Source of the DNA: an uncultured bacterium
GTDB taxonomy: Bacteria > Babelota > Babeliae > Babelales > Babelaceae
NCBI GenBank assembly: GCA_963713855.1
Contig: OY970209.1
Coordinates: forward strand, 384,001-448,000
Reading direction: 5' to 3'
DNA length: 64,000 bases
The translations under genes were made by a program, and so were the position numbers. Below the pieces are notes generated by a model that saw nothing but the letters and a program-made list of their open reading frames with translations, had not been told where the DNA came from and made no database searches. Positions 48,613 to 59,336 of the stretch are shown piece after piece; positions within the stretch are counted from its first letter, which is position 1; each line of letters opens with the position of its first letter.

Positions 48613-51276
48613 TTATTTAGACGTTGCGTCAATGGTCCCTCCCTTAAAAATGCGGCTCAATGCTTTACGGCATTCCTCAACAGCAAGTATCGAAGAGCTT
48701 ATGAGCCCCGCCTCAAACCACTGATTAACGCTCAAAGGAACTGTATGGAAAAGCAATTGTAGTAAGGGTACGTAAACAACCGCTATTTGAAGTGCTATAA
48801 CTAAACACGTCGCAGCTATTAACCAGCGATTAGTGAACAAACCCTTTTGGGCAATCGAAAAGCGCTCGGACCTACAGTTCCACGCATTAAACCACTGGAA
48901 CATAGCCATGCACACAAGTACCATTGTTTGAGCAGTTTCTATGCCAACAGAAAGCCAACGGTGATAAATAAAAAGTGAACCAATCGTCATAACTGCAGCA
49001 TCTATGCCAATTTTTGAAAGGATTGATGAATCAAAAAGTCTTCCTTTTGAATCTTTCCATCGGCTCGAAAGTAAGCCGGGTTCCTCGGGCTCCTGGGACA
49101 GCGCAACGTCAAGAAAACCGTCCGTTACCACGTTAAGCCAGAGTATTTGAGCAGCTCTTAAAGGTAATGGAAGGTTTTGAACAAACGCATAGATAACGAC
49201 AGCGACTTCGCTTAAGTTTGTTGAAAAAAAATACCAAATGACGCGCCGAAGCGTCGAAAAAATATGGCGTCCCTGCTCTATAGCTCGTACGATGCTGGAA
49301 AAGCTATCATCAAGAAGAACGATATCAGCCGCTTCTTTAGCAACATCCGTGCCCGCCACTCCCATGGCTATTCCTATGTCCGCTGCTGTTAATGAAGGAA
49401 CATCGTTAACGCCGTCGCCAGTCATGCCAACGATATGTCCCATATTGCGTAAAACTTTAATAAGCGCAAGTTTATTTTCAGGTGTAACTCGGGCAAAAAC
49501 TCGTATCTTTTCAAGATCCAGTAATGGAAGTTGTTCTTCAAAGGGACCATCAAGCTCGTGCGCGCTAACAGCGATCTCCCCCGGCTCGAGGATTCCTGTT
49601 TTAAGGGCAATTGTTTGAGCGGTTATTTTGTGGTCGCCAGTAGCCATAATTATTCTTACACCAGATGCTCGGGCCTTTCTTACCGCCATTTCGGCATCGG
49701 ATCGTAAAGCATCCTCAAGTCCTAAAAGTCCGAGAAAAGTAAAATGTCCTTTGTAGCTTTCAAATATTTTTTCCCAATCATCCTCGGCAAAAGGCTGATC
49801 CGCGCGCAAAATAGCTAAGCCAACGGTACGTAATCCACCAGTCAAAAAAGTTTGAAGTGATTTTAATGCATTATCAGGAACGAATGTGCATATTCCAAAG
49901 ACGGACTCAGGAGAGCCGGATGCAATGATAACGTATTCTTTGCCGTGCTTGAAAAACCCAGCTTTAAGCCGTTTTGTAAAACTGAATGGTATTTCATGAA
50001 GTTTTGAATATAGTTCGCGCGAAGCGTTAAGCTTGTATGCTAGCACTCCCAGTGCAGCTTCTGTCGGCTCGCCCTTTATCGTAAAGCTTTTAGTTGCTGG
50101 ATCGTATTTTTTTTCAGATGAGTCCATAAGAAGGGCTGCTTCAGCTAAAGGCATAAGATCGCGAAGTTCTTCTTTTTGGATTACAGCATCCTTATTCAAT
50201 ACATGCCCTTTAGGAACATAACCTTCTCCCGTAATTGTATAAAGAGTGCCATTCGAAAATAAGCATCGTACAGTCATTTCATTTCGTGTTAGCGTTCCCG
50301 TTTTGTCAATGACGATGGTATCCGCTCGCCCGAGCGCTTCACCCGCTTGTAGGCGTTTTACAAGAACATGCCGGCGGGCAAGCCTTCGAGCACCGGTAAT
50401 AAGAGCAATGGTAAAAACGATAGGAAGTCCCTCAGGCACAATGCCAATAAAAAGGGCAATAACAAGAGCAAGAAGATCACTGAGTGTTTTGCCCATTGCT
50501 ATGCCAGTAACAAGAAGTACTACGCACAGGATAAGTGCAAGAATAACGATGCTTTGCGAGAGCCTATGAAGTTCAATTTGTAAGGGGCTATCTTCATGCT
50601 GATGTTCTTGGGTTAGCCTTTGTATATGGCCTATTTGGGTCAAACCACCAGTAGCTACTACAATAGCCTCTGCCCACCCCGAAGTAACGGTTGTTCCTCG
50701 AAAGATCATGTTTGTCTGTTCGAAGATCGAACTTTCCCCAGCTAAAGTATCGCTATTTTTCTCAACACTGACCGATTCGCCTGTAAGAATAGATTCGTTT
50801 ACCCGCAGATTTTGCGCGCGAACAAGTCGTGCATCAGCAGGTATTTGGTCCCCCTCTTGCAAGATAATTAAATCTCCAGGCACTAGTTCTTGAGCATCAA
50901 TGACTTGCCGAGTCGACCTAATGACAATAGCAAAGAGCGGCACGAGTTTTTTAAGTTGTTCGAGGGTTTTTTGGGCATTTCTCTCATAGAATGTGCCAAT
51001 AAGCGCATTACAAAAAACGACAATAAGCGTGACAATGGCGTCGGTATAGTTGCCTAAAAGTATGATTAAAAAAGCTGCTATGAGCAGAAAATAAATAAGC
51101 GGGTCTTTAAATTGGTTAAAGAAAATTTTAAATAACGAGGGCAATGGCGCTTCGGGAAGCTTATTGAGCCCGTAAGTCTTAAGTCTTTGCTTAACTTGGT
51201 CAATAGAAAGACCAGTAACATCGTCGGTGTTAAAAAGCTTTATAAGCTCTTCCCGTTTTAAGGTATATACTTTCAC
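48613..51276 (-). CDS. P-type cation (Ca2+-type) ATPase
   Basis: TGES, PEGL, DKTGTLT, TGDH, MTGDGVND, QILWLNVVTD. Confidence 0.93.
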   Translation of the reverse strand: MKVYTLKREELIKLFNTDDVTGLSIDQVKQRLKTYGLNKLPEAPLPSLFKIFFNQFKDPLIYFLLIAAFLIILLGNYTDAIVTLIVVFCNALIGTFYERNAQKTLEQLKKLVPLFAIVIRSTRQVIDAQELVPGDLIILQEGDQIPADARLVRAQNLRVNESILTGESVSVEKNSDTLAGESSIFEQTNMIFRGTTVTSGWAEAIVVATGGLTQIGHIQRLTQEHQHEDSPLQIELHRLSQSIVILALILCVVLLVTGIAMGKTLSDLLALVIALFIGIVPEGLPIVFTIALITGARRLARRHVLVKRLQAGEALGRADTIVIDKTGTLTRNEMTVRCLFSNGTLYTITGEGYVPKGHVLNKDAVIQKEELRDLMPLAEAALLMDSSEKKYDPATKSFTIKGEPTEAALGVLAYKLNASRELYSKLHEIPFSFTKRLKAGFFKHGKEYVIIASGSPESVFGICTFVPDNALKSLQTFLTGGLRTVGLAILRADQPFAEDDWEKIFESYKGHFTFLGLLGLEDALRSDAEMAVRKARASGVRIIMATGDHKITAQTIALKTGILEPGEIAVSAHELDGPFEEQLPLLDLEKIRVFARVTPENKLALIKVLRNMGHIVGMTGDGVNDVPSLTAADIGIAMGVAGTDVAKEAADIVLLDDSFSSIVRAIEQGRHIFSTLRRVIWYFFSTNLSEVAVVIYAFVQNLPLPLRAAQILWLNVVTDGFLDVALSQEPEEPGLLSSRWKDSKGRLFDSSILSKIGIDAAVMTIGSLFIYHRWLSVGIETAQTMVLVCMAMFQWFNAWNCRSERFSIAQKGLFTNRWLIAATCLVIALQIAVVYVPLLQLLFHTVPLSVNQWFEAGLISSSILAVEECRKALSRIFKGGTIDATSK

Positions 51277-51401
51277 AGTGGCCTTTTAGAAATAAGATTT
51301 TCTTTAAATGTACCATTATCTGACTAAAAAAAGTAGCTCGTACGGGCTTAATATAGAAGTGGTCTAAAGTTTTTGCAAAGTGATTAACGGGAATTGGTTC
51401 A

Positions 51402-51698
51402 TCAAGTGTATGGAACATTGGGCGCCGGAAATCGGGTTTTATAACGTGAGGACCATTGTAACAATGCTCTATGCGACACGTCGATAGCAAGCAACTGGGC
51501 CCCTTTTTGTAGTGCTCGTTTTTGCAGCTTTTTGAACTTATTGCGCGTAAGTGCTTTTAGTGCTTGTTGGAAAAGGTGTAAATGTGCTTGGACGTAGTAG
51601 CTGTACTTTTCATTACCATCTTGCTCTGCCGAATATGCGTACGTGGTAAAGCAACATATAAAAAAAAGTTTTTTGAGCATTCCGAGTCCCATAAGCAT
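51402..51698 (-). CDS. Hypothetical small protein with signal-like N-terminus
   Basis: MLKKLFFICCFTTYAYS resembles other signal peptides in the window; no family motif. Confidence 0.4.
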   Translation of the reverse strand: MLMGLGMLKKLFFICCFTTYAYSAEQDGNEKYSYYVQAHLHLFQQALKALTRNKFKKLQKRALQKGAQLLAIDVSHRALLQWSSRYKTRFPAPNVPYT

Positions 51699-51849
51699 AG
51701 TATATGAGTGTAAGTCTACATGTTTTTTTTAAAGACGAATAGGTTTACATTTTCATGATTTGCCGGAGCGCTAAAACGCGCTACTTTACCAAGAGACTGT
51801 GGACAGCTAAAATGATAGGGGCAGTTTAGAATTATGCAAAGGAAGCTCT

Positions 51850-52992
51850 ATGTATAAAAAGTTGTTAAGTGTGTTGCTATTTATTATAGTCATTTTACAG
51901 GTCGACGTGAGTTTTGGTCAATCCTCCTATAAGGAACGCTTGGTTGCTTTAGTAGAAGATAACCGAATACCTGTATGGATGTCCGAGCAGATTAAGAGCG
52001 ATCTAGAGCCTTTTAAAGCGAACCGTATACCGCTTGAGTCGATTTGCGAGACCTCCCCGAAGTGGCAGACCTCGGGTGTTGTTCGCTATACTATCAAAGA
52101 GGGAAAATTAACAATACATCCTTCTCCGCTTTGTTCAACTCTCAGTGTACTTGAATCGAGATGCAAGCAGTATAATGCTATTGTTAAAGCGTTAACCGAT
52201 ACAATACGCGTACCTGATGTTGAATTCACCGTATATCTGGGGGATGGGTTTATAGGCGGAAATTCACACACCCTGCCAGGGCCTATATTTGGTTTTTCGA
52301 AAGACAAAAATTTAGACACGAATGCTCTATTAGTTCCAGACTTTCATGCATTAGAGATCTATCCGCCGCTTATTGAGGATGTTGAAATAGGAAATAGGGC
52401 ATATCCTTGGCATGTCAAAGTCAATAAGGCCTTTTGGAGAGGAGCTAGCACCTGTAATTATCTCGACATAACTCTGAGTAATTATACCGCTTGCCCCAGG
52501 CTCAAATTAGTAGAAATAGCACGTATCAATTCTGATTTGATTGACGCTGGTTTAACCATGTGTGTACAAATGGATGAAGAGACCAGAAAGCTATTCTCAA
52601 ACTATCTCGTATCTTCAGTATCCGTGAGTGAGCACCTTAAATATAAGTACCTCATTTTAACAGATGGTAACGGAGCCGCTTATCCACGGGGGTTTTGGCA
52701 TTTATTTGGTAATTCTGTTGTTTTTAAGCAAAAGTCGGACAGTGTACAATGGTTCTATCGAGGCTTGAAACCATTTGTGCATTTTATTCCTTTTAATGAA
52801 GATTTTAGCGATTTAATTGAAAAGATACAATGGGCAACGAACCATGATGCAGAAACCCGTTTTATCGCAGCTCAAGGCCGCGCCTTTGCTCTAAACAATC
52901 TATGCTTAGAAAATAACTTGTTTTATTTGTATATCTTACTCAAGGAATTTTCTGCACTACAACAAGCCAGTAATTATAAGCAAGAGCTATAG
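51850..52992 (+). CDS. Glycosyltransferase family 90 (CAP10/KDELC-like), signal peptide
   Basis: FWRGAST, HLKYKYLILTDGN, QWFYRGLKPFVHFIP; paralog of 32943..34049. Confidence 0.85.
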   Translation: MYKKLLSVLLFIIVILQVDVSFGQSSYKERLVALVEDNRIPVWMSEQIKSDLEPFKANRIPLESICETSPKWQTSGVVRYTIKEGKLTIHPSPLCSTLSVLESRCKQYNAIVKALTDTIRVPDVEFTVYLGDGFIGGNSHTLPGPIFGFSKDKNLDTNALLVPDFHALEIYPPLIEDVEIGNRAYPWHVKVNKAFWRGASTCNYLDITLSNYTACPRLKLVEIARINSDLIDAGLTMCVQMDEETRKLFSNYLVSSVSVSEHLKYKYLILTDGNGAAYPRGFWHLFGNSVVFKQKSDSVQWFYRGLKPFVHFIPFNEDFSDLIEKIQWATNHDAETRFIAAQGRAFALNNLCLENNLFYLYILLKEFSALQQASNYKQEL

Positions 52993-53002
52993 ACTCGAAG
53001 TT

Positions 53003-53725
53003 TTATCGTTTTATTATTATGCAGAGGCTAGGGTAAAAATGGATAGATTCTATGTGTTCTTGGTGGTAATTTAAACTACGATTCACTTCTTCTGGCCATT
53101 TTGTTTTATCAGCCGATCCACATCGGGCGCAGCCATAATTAAGATCATCAATGAGGTTCTGAAAAAATCGTATAGCGGACGCGGCCCCTGCTTTTGGATT
53201 GCTAGTACTTCCCTCAGAACCGAAATCCTTCCAGTAGGACGTATGCAAGTCCTCTACGACATACACACCTCCACTTTTTAAAAAAGGGAATAGGGTTTGA
53301 AAACTTAAAATTTGTGCCCCCATAAAATGACAACCGTCGTCAATAATAATGTCAAATTCGCCACCTGATTGAGCGGCGACTTCGAGTAACTCTGCTTTAT
53401 CGTGCTGATTAGCTTTATGGAGTTTGCATTTAGATGTAAGACCCTGCAAATGTTCCCAGCATTTATCATTGATATCCATAAAGTGTAACTCTTGCGCATG
53501 GGGAAAATAATCTTGCCACATACGGGCTGAGGCACCTTGCCAAAATCCTATCTCTAATAATTTTATTGGTTTATCTTTAAAACGGCTAAAATAGCTATCA
53601 TATATGAGTGTGTAACGATGAAAAAGAGGACCTTTATCCGAACCATAGCGATCAGCTAAATCATCGAGTTCACACGCTTGCATTGATGTTATAAAAAAGA
53701 GAGAGAATAGTGATATAATTTTCAT
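53003..53725 (-). CDS. SAM-dependent (sugar O-)methyltransferase, signal-like N-terminus
   Basis: YGSDK, LLEIG, FDIIIDDGCH, GGVYVVEDLHTSYW. Confidence 0.85.
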   Translation of the reverse strand: MKIISLFSLFFITSMQACELDDLADRYGSDKGPLFHRYTLIYDSYFSRFKDKPIKLLEIGFWQGASARMWQDYFPHAQELHFMDINDKCWEHLQGLTSKCKLHKANQHDKAELLEVAAQSGGEFDIIIDDGCHFMGAQILSFQTLFPFLKSGGVYVVEDLHTSYWKDFGSEGSTSNPKAGAASAIRFFQNLIDDLNYGCARCGSADKTKWPEEVNRSLNYHQEHIESIHFYPSLCIIIKR

Positions 53726-53737
53726 TGCATTTTCATT

Positions 53738-54451
53738 TCAATCTTGCGTTGAACAGGTATCACCGGTACATAGTATAGGTTTTTCGATCCACCAAAAACG
53801 GGGCTGCAGTGGATGAACATTAACCTTTAAGTTATTTTCAGCGCAAAATTGATTTATTGCTTGTGGAACTCCTGGCCACACTGTAGCATAATCATCGCCT
53901 GCAATAATTCCTCCACCACGGATTTTAGGATACCATGCTCTTAAATCAGCAATCACATATCCATAATTATGATTGGCGTCAATGAAAACGAAGTCAAGTT
54001 CTCGCTCTTTAAAGTGATCGACAGCGTTTAGCGAGGTATCCCTTAATAATTCAAATCGCGAGCCAAACAGCGAAAATTGAAGCTTTACTCTCCAGTAAAG
54101 AATATCAAAGTACTTTTGAGGTAATGGTGTGGTAGCCGGATCTTGGTAGTCGATAAAAGGGTCTATGCCATATAACTTGTCCACTTTGGTATGCTCGAGC
54201 AAATATTTACAATGAGCCCCGGTTAAAATACCTACTTCACAGCCAATGCTCAGGCCTAACCGATTGATAAGATCTGCAAAAAGACTGTGGTAGGGCTCTT
54301 CATGATCAATCTGTTCAATAACTTTTAGTGCTTGTATGATTTCTGATTCTGAAAATCCTGTAATTTGTGCATAATCGGTTACAGCAAGCTTACCTGGTAA
54401 AAGGTGGCAAAAACTTAATCCCAAGACAAATAATATTTTTCTGGCTAACAT
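53738..54451 (-). CDS. SAM-dependent methyltransferase (Methyltransf_24-like), signal-like N-terminus
   Basis: GCEVG, LYGIDPF, DFVFIDANH, GGIIAGDDY; start 54451 after AGGAGAG. Confidence 0.85.
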   Translation of the reverse strand: MLARKILFVLGLSFCHLLPGKLAVTDYAQITGFSESEIIQALKVIEQIDHEEPYHSLFADLINRLGLSIGCEVGILTGAHCKYLLEHTKVDKLYGIDPFIDYQDPATTPLPQKYFDILYWRVKLQFSLFGSRFELLRDTSLNAVDHFKERELDFVFIDANHNYGYVIADLRAWYPKIRGGGIIAGDDYATVWPGVPQAINQFCAENNLKVNVHPLQPRFWWIEKPILCTGDTCSTQD

Positions 54452-54488
54452 GTCTCTCCTTTTTTTGAGCATCTTCATAGGTAACTCA

Positions 54489-55772
54489 TTAAGCTCGATT
54501 TTTAAAGGCTGAAGATAACTTATTGAAAAACTTTTTTGATTTCGTGATAAGACCCTTATCCGTAATAGCATTCTTATTACCAAGTGTAAAGCGGCTAGGT
54601 TTTATAAGATTAATAAATTTTTGCTTTATTGCACCATCACTGTAGCGTAAAACCCATCTTCTTCTCTGTGGAGCTTGCGATAAGTAATGCCCATAGTTAT
54701 CATATACGCGTCGCAAAGCTTTCTTGGCATCACGTATATGGGCATTGAAATTGTTACCAGAATAAGTATTAAAAAATGGATGGTACATCTTTTCAATCAA
54801 GGGAGCAGGAACGCACGCAGCAAGACCCGATGAGCAGATAGTTGAATGAGCGGTATGATCACTTAAAACAACCGGTATGCCAAGAGCAAAAGCTTCACGT
54901 GGTAAGATGGAAAATCCTTCGCCTTTGGAAAAACTAGCAACAACATCGATAGATTTTAAAAGGTCTATGTATTCAGCCTCACTCAGGCTTTTAAAAATGC
55001 ACTTTACATTAGTAAGCTTTAAACGATTGATTAATTCTTGGATTTTTTTTACCGTTTCGCGCTCCTGGGGATGCCCTGTGACACGACCGTGCATTATGAG
55101 TCTTACACCGGGGTTATTGCTAAACTCTTCAGCAAATGCTTTAAGAAGAAGCAGATGATTTTTTCGTTCATAAAAACCTGCAGATAAGCCGAAGGTAAAA
55201 GGAGTATGCGCTCTTTTTTTTAAAGGCTGCTCAAGCAGTTTTTGAAGATAAAGACCGCAGGGTAAAACAAATATCGGGATTTCTACGCCCGCTTTTTCAA
55301 AGACTGAAACGAGGAATTTATCAGGTACTACTAATGCATCGAATTTATTATTAATAATGCTTACCCATGAAGGGGGCGGTGCGTCTGTTTCTATCATTAA
55401 GTAAGCAATCTTAATTTTAGAAGAGGATAGAGCATCTTCCGGCTTTTCAGCAAGTCCAAGTAAATCGATGAAAAAAGCAACTCTGCCGGGCCTTTCAGGT
55501 CTGCTTACTATTTCCTGAACTGCGGGAGAGACGTTTTGGAGATCGATTGCTTGAGGATTAGTCGCTTTAAAATTTATTTTCAAGTCCTTGTATAAATGAT
55601 CCATTACCCAAATAGGTATTCGATATAGTCCGTCACAATACTTCAGTTTTCCGACTATCGTTACGTCATAATCAAACGGTTTACGTTTAGGTAAAGTTTT
55701 TCTGGGTTTAGAAGTCGAACCCAGGCTTACCTTACCGAGTATCAGAATGAAAACGAAGAGCTTAAAATTCAT
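54489..55772 (-). CDS. GT-B glycosyltransferase (GT4-like), signal-like N-terminus
   Basis: RKN motif and EGFSILPREAFALGIPV (E-x7-E). Confidence 0.85.
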   Translation of the reverse strand: MNFKLFVFILILGKVSLGSTSKPRKTLPKRKPFDYDVTIVGKLKYCDGLYRIPIWVMDHLYKDLKINFKATNPQAIDLQNVSPAVQEIVSRPERPGRVAFFIDLLGLAEKPEDALSSSKIKIAYLMIETDAPPPSWVSIINNKFDALVVPDKFLVSVFEKAGVEIPIFVLPCGLYLQKLLEQPLKKRAHTPFTFGLSAGFYERKNHLLLLKAFAEEFSNNPGVRLIMHGRVTGHPQERETVKKIQELINRLKLTNVKCIFKSLSEAEYIDLLKSIDVVASFSKGEGFSILPREAFALGIPVVLSDHTAHSTICSSGLAACVPAPLIEKMYHPFFNTYSGNNFNAHIRDAKKALRRVYDNYGHYLSQAPQRRRWVLRYSDGAIKQKFINLIKPSRFTLGNKNAITDKGLITKSKKFFNKLSSAFKNRA

Positions 55773-55787
55773 GTTTTTAAGGTGCCT

Positions 55788-57362
55788 TCATGTTTTTCTT
55801 AGTATTGGGTTCTTAAAAAATAAGCCTACTTTTTTAGGGCTATAGATTGTGCTAGCCCATGCTTGAGTAAATTGACCTATGGATGCAAAATTGAGTTTAT
55901 TAAGAGTCTCTAAGACATAATTAGTTTTATAGAGTATTGAACCTAGTTTATTTGGTTGTGGCCAGATGTGCTTGCCATGGTGCAACTGCCATGCCATTGT
56001 GTCGTTGCCTAAGAAGGCAGCATTTTTATCAAGAACAGTACTTGCTGGTTGACTCAGGTGTAGGTAAAAGCCTAGAGCAAATGTTTTCTCTAGTTGCTTA
56101 ATGCATTCGTTAAGATTGAGCGCATGTGTATTAATGTAGCTATCTGTCGACAATACCACATGTTTTCTAGCAGCTTTGAGTATTTTTCGTAACGAGTTTT
56201 TTAGTGCATCTCTATTAGCGGAGTGGTTACGTGTAAAATTAACTTTTGAAAAATCCTTACGCATTCCCGCATACCGTTTAGCAACAGAATTTTTAGAACA
56301 CTCATAGAGAACGTGTATTTTTCCTACGCCACGTACATTCTTTTGCACTGCTTTTAGACATTTACTAAGTGCTTGGGGATTATTATGAGATAGTAAAATA
56401 ACATCAGCTCTTGCGTGATCAAATTGCTTGCTTATTCCAACGGGTAATTGTGCTAATGGCTGGTATTTTTCCCATGTTCTTACAAGTTGATTTATGTTCC
56501 ATTGCGCTCCTCGGTTTTCATCTTTTCCGTTGCCTTGGTTTTGTTGGCTTAATGGGTTTTGCCAGTTCCAACGATAGAGAATCTTATCTATAAACTTGCT
56601 GTGATGACTGACCATCTCCAAAATAGGGTACATAAAACAAGAATCTGCTGATGGCGATAATGGCTTAAAACTGCCCTCATAAAGTAGATCTTCGAGTTTA
56701 ATCTTTTTAAATATACATGCGTAAAATGAACGAGGATGAAACCAATCCCAAACATAGGGCACAGCTGGATCCCAATGATCTTGTCTATAGCTATGCGCTT
56801 TTATGACAGCATCGGGTATTGCTACAAAAGGCTTTTCCCAAGGCCCTGGAGGAACATGGGGTTCAAATGACATTAAGCCATAGGTCATCCATATGCCAGG
56901 TGTTTTGTAAGCATCGTTAATCGTCGCAAATACAGTATCTTCAGAAAAGTAATCATCACCATCGATATTCAATAAAATTTCATCATCATTGCATAGATGT
57001 GCTGCGCGATAATGATTGGCCAGCTGGCTTTGCCATTCTTCGTTTCTTACAAGAGTGCATTTATGCTCTAATTTATGTTCTTTAAAATACTCTTCAACTA
57101 AATTGGGAGTATTATCCGTAGAAGCATCATCTACGTAAATGAGGCGATAGTTGTGATATTTTTGAGAAAAGATAGAATCAAGGTTTCGTCGGTACCATCG
57201 GGCATTGTTATATGAAGTGACAACGACAGCAATAGGATGCTCTTGAGGATTTTGCTTAGCAGCTAATTTGTTATCTAAACTAAAAAAACATGCAGATAAA
57301 AAGAGAAAAATACTATTGATTTGAAGCTTTGTCTTACTCGTCATTAGTTCCCTATCGTGCAT
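55788..57362 (-). CDS. GT2 glycosyltransferase with C-terminal extra domain, signal-like N-terminus
   Basis: VVTSYNN, YVDDASTD, IDGDD. Confidence 0.85.
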   Translation of the reverse strand: MHDRELMTSKTKLQINSIFLFLSACFFSLDNKLAAKQNPQEHPIAVVVTSYNNARWYRRNLDSIFSQKYHNYRLIYVDDASTDNTPNLVEEYFKEHKLEHKCTLVRNEEWQSQLANHYRAAHLCNDDEILLNIDGDDYFSEDTVFATINDAYKTPGIWMTYGLMSFEPHVPPGPWEKPFVAIPDAVIKAHSYRQDHWDPAVPYVWDWFHPRSFYACIFKKIKLEDLLYEGSFKPLSPSADSCFMYPILEMVSHHSKFIDKILYRWNWQNPLSQQNQGNGKDENRGAQWNINQLVRTWEKYQPLAQLPVGISKQFDHARADVILLSHNNPQALSKCLKAVQKNVRGVGKIHVLYECSKNSVAKRYAGMRKDFSKVNFTRNHSANRDALKNSLRKILKAARKHVVLSTDSYINTHALNLNECIKQLEKTFALGFYLHLSQPASTVLDKNAAFLGNDTMAWQLHHGKHIWPQPNKLGSILYKTNYVLETLNKLNFASIGQFTQAWASTIYSPKKVGLFFKNPILRKT

Positions 57363-57641
57363 ATACGCCTTAAGACTTTTAAAACTTGGATGACTATAAT
57401 TTACCTGGATAATTATAATATACCTGGAATCTACAGCGCAAGATTGTTCTTAAGTCGGTACTTCTATTCCCTCCAATGAAGAGGGGGATGGTAAGATATC
57501 TAATTGAGGTAATGGTCGAATGAAAATTGAGGATTACGGTGTAAAGTTCTTGATAGGTACAAAATCGTAGTATGTTGAAACTTTTAATCATTCATGCTAA
57601 GAATCTAATGACAATGCTTTTGCGTAGGTGGAAGGAAGATA

Positions 57642-59336
57642 ATGGCATTTATAAAACGAGCTTTTCTTTTATTTGTTATTGGTATACAAAGTTTTTTTTT
57701 AGAAGCCATCAGTATCGAACCTTCCATTAATACGTTAATACCAGAAAAACCATTGGTTGTGGTTATTACTTCCTATAATAATGCTCAATGGTTCGCTAAG
57801 AACTTGGAATCAGTTTTAACGCAAAATTATAAAAATTATAGAGTTATCTATATCGACGATGGTTCGCCGGATGGAACTGCTCAACTTGTAGATGGTTATA
57901 TCAAGGAACATAAGGAGGAACACCGTTTTCTTCTCATTAAAAATAGCCAAAATATTGGACAAATGGCCAATCACTATAAAGCAGTTTGCTACTGTGCTGA
58001 TGATGAGATCGTTGTTCACTTGGATGGTGATGATTTTCTTATCGATAAAAATGTCTTAAAAGTTGTCAACACTATATACAGCACTCATGATGCCTGGCTT
58101 ACTTATGGTCAAGCAAGTCTGTGGCCCTTACTAGAAGAAGTATGGCCTGCTACTGAGGTAGACGTCAAAATAGAGGAAGCTATCGCAAGCAATAAATTTA
58201 GAAAAGAATGGATGTATGGACACTTAAGGACTTTTAAGGCAGCTCTTTTTAAACAGATAAAACTACAAGACTTAATCCATAAGAACAGCTTTAAAACTAT
58301 GTCTCCAGCTCCAGATGTAGCATTTATGTATCCTATGCTTGAGATGGCTGGCACACATGGATATTACGTTAAAACCCCTTTGTACTTATGGAATCGTAGT
58401 AATCCTAACAGTCAGCATAATCTTAATTTGGCTGCCGTTTTTGATCTTTTGTATACCATTCAAGCATGGGAGCCCTATCAGCGCCTTGTCACGCTAAAAC
58501 CTTCTTTTAATAGTAGTAAAAACCAGCTTAAAGCGGATGTTTTCCTCTTTGCTCATGAAATTACCAGTGGCAATCCTGCTTTAGCGAGTTTAAAATTAAA
58601 GGCAAATGACCTTGGCAAAATAACACTGTTTTATGATAAAGCTAAACCTCAGCAAATCGTTGATATGAAGAAAAAGCATCCCAAGGTAGCTTTGATACCT
58701 TTTGCTGACAAGTCATTAAAAACTTTCCAGACATGCCTTCTGAATACCCCGAGTGATCACCTTATTCTTATGAAGGATAACGTGTCTCTAAAAAACAGTA
58801 CGGATATGAAAAAAGCGATTTGTTCACTTGAGACGACCTTTGCGCAAGGGTTTTACTTTGACATAGATGGCGCTTATTTAGAGGCAAGGAGTTTTTCTTA
58901 TGTCGAGCCATTTGATCATTTAATTGGTTGGCAGCCAGAAACGAACCCATTAAATGCGAACGATTTAAATATGATCATGTATCGAAAGCGAGATATTCAA
59001 CAGCAAGTAGCATTAATGCATGGGCAACAAAAGCCATTCTCATATTTTGTTCTACCATTTCAACCTAGACAGCTGCTTGTTGGATGGAAAAATAGTCCTA
59101 TAAAGGTCGTTAAAACCGAAGTTAACAATAACAGGAAGGCAGTTAAGAGTAAAACTCCTAATAAAAAAATAGAAAAGCCCAAAAATAAGAAGAAAATGGT
59201 TGAGAGTAAACTACCCGGCAAGAAAATAGAAAAGAACAAAAGCGATAATAAGGACGCGGTAAAGAATAAAGCCGCTAAGAAGAAGGCAGCAAAGAACAAA
59301 AGCGATAACAAAAAATTGAAAAGGGGTAATAGATGA
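57642..59336 (+). CDS. GT2 glycosyltransferase paralog with Lys-rich tail, signal-like N-terminus
   Basis: VITSYNN, YIDDGSPD, LDGDD; shares YPxLEM and LExTFAxGFY with the divergent neighbour. Confidence 0.85.
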   Translation: MAFIKRAFLLFVIGIQSFFLEAISIEPSINTLIPEKPLVVVITSYNNAQWFAKNLESVLTQNYKNYRVIYIDDGSPDGTAQLVDGYIKEHKEEHRFLLIKNSQNIGQMANHYKAVCYCADDEIVVHLDGDDFLIDKNVLKVVNTIYSTHDAWLTYGQASLWPLLEEVWPATEVDVKIEEAIASNKFRKEWMYGHLRTFKAALFKQIKLQDLIHKNSFKTMSPAPDVAFMYPMLEMAGTHGYYVKTPLYLWNRSNPNSQHNLNLAAVFDLLYTIQAWEPYQRLVTLKPSFNSSKNQLKADVFLFAHEITSGNPALASLKLKANDLGKITLFYDKAKPQQIVDMKKKHPKVALIPFADKSLKTFQTCLLNTPSDHLILMKDNVSLKNSTDMKKAICSLETTFAQGFYFDIDGAYLEARSFSYVEPFDHLIGWQPETNPLNANDLNMIMYRKRDIQQQVALMHGQQKPFSYFVLPFQPRQLLVGWKNSPIKVVKTEVNNNRKAVKSKTPNKKIEKPKNKKKMVESKLPGKKIEKNKSDNKDAVKNKAAKKKAAKNKSDNKKLKRGNR

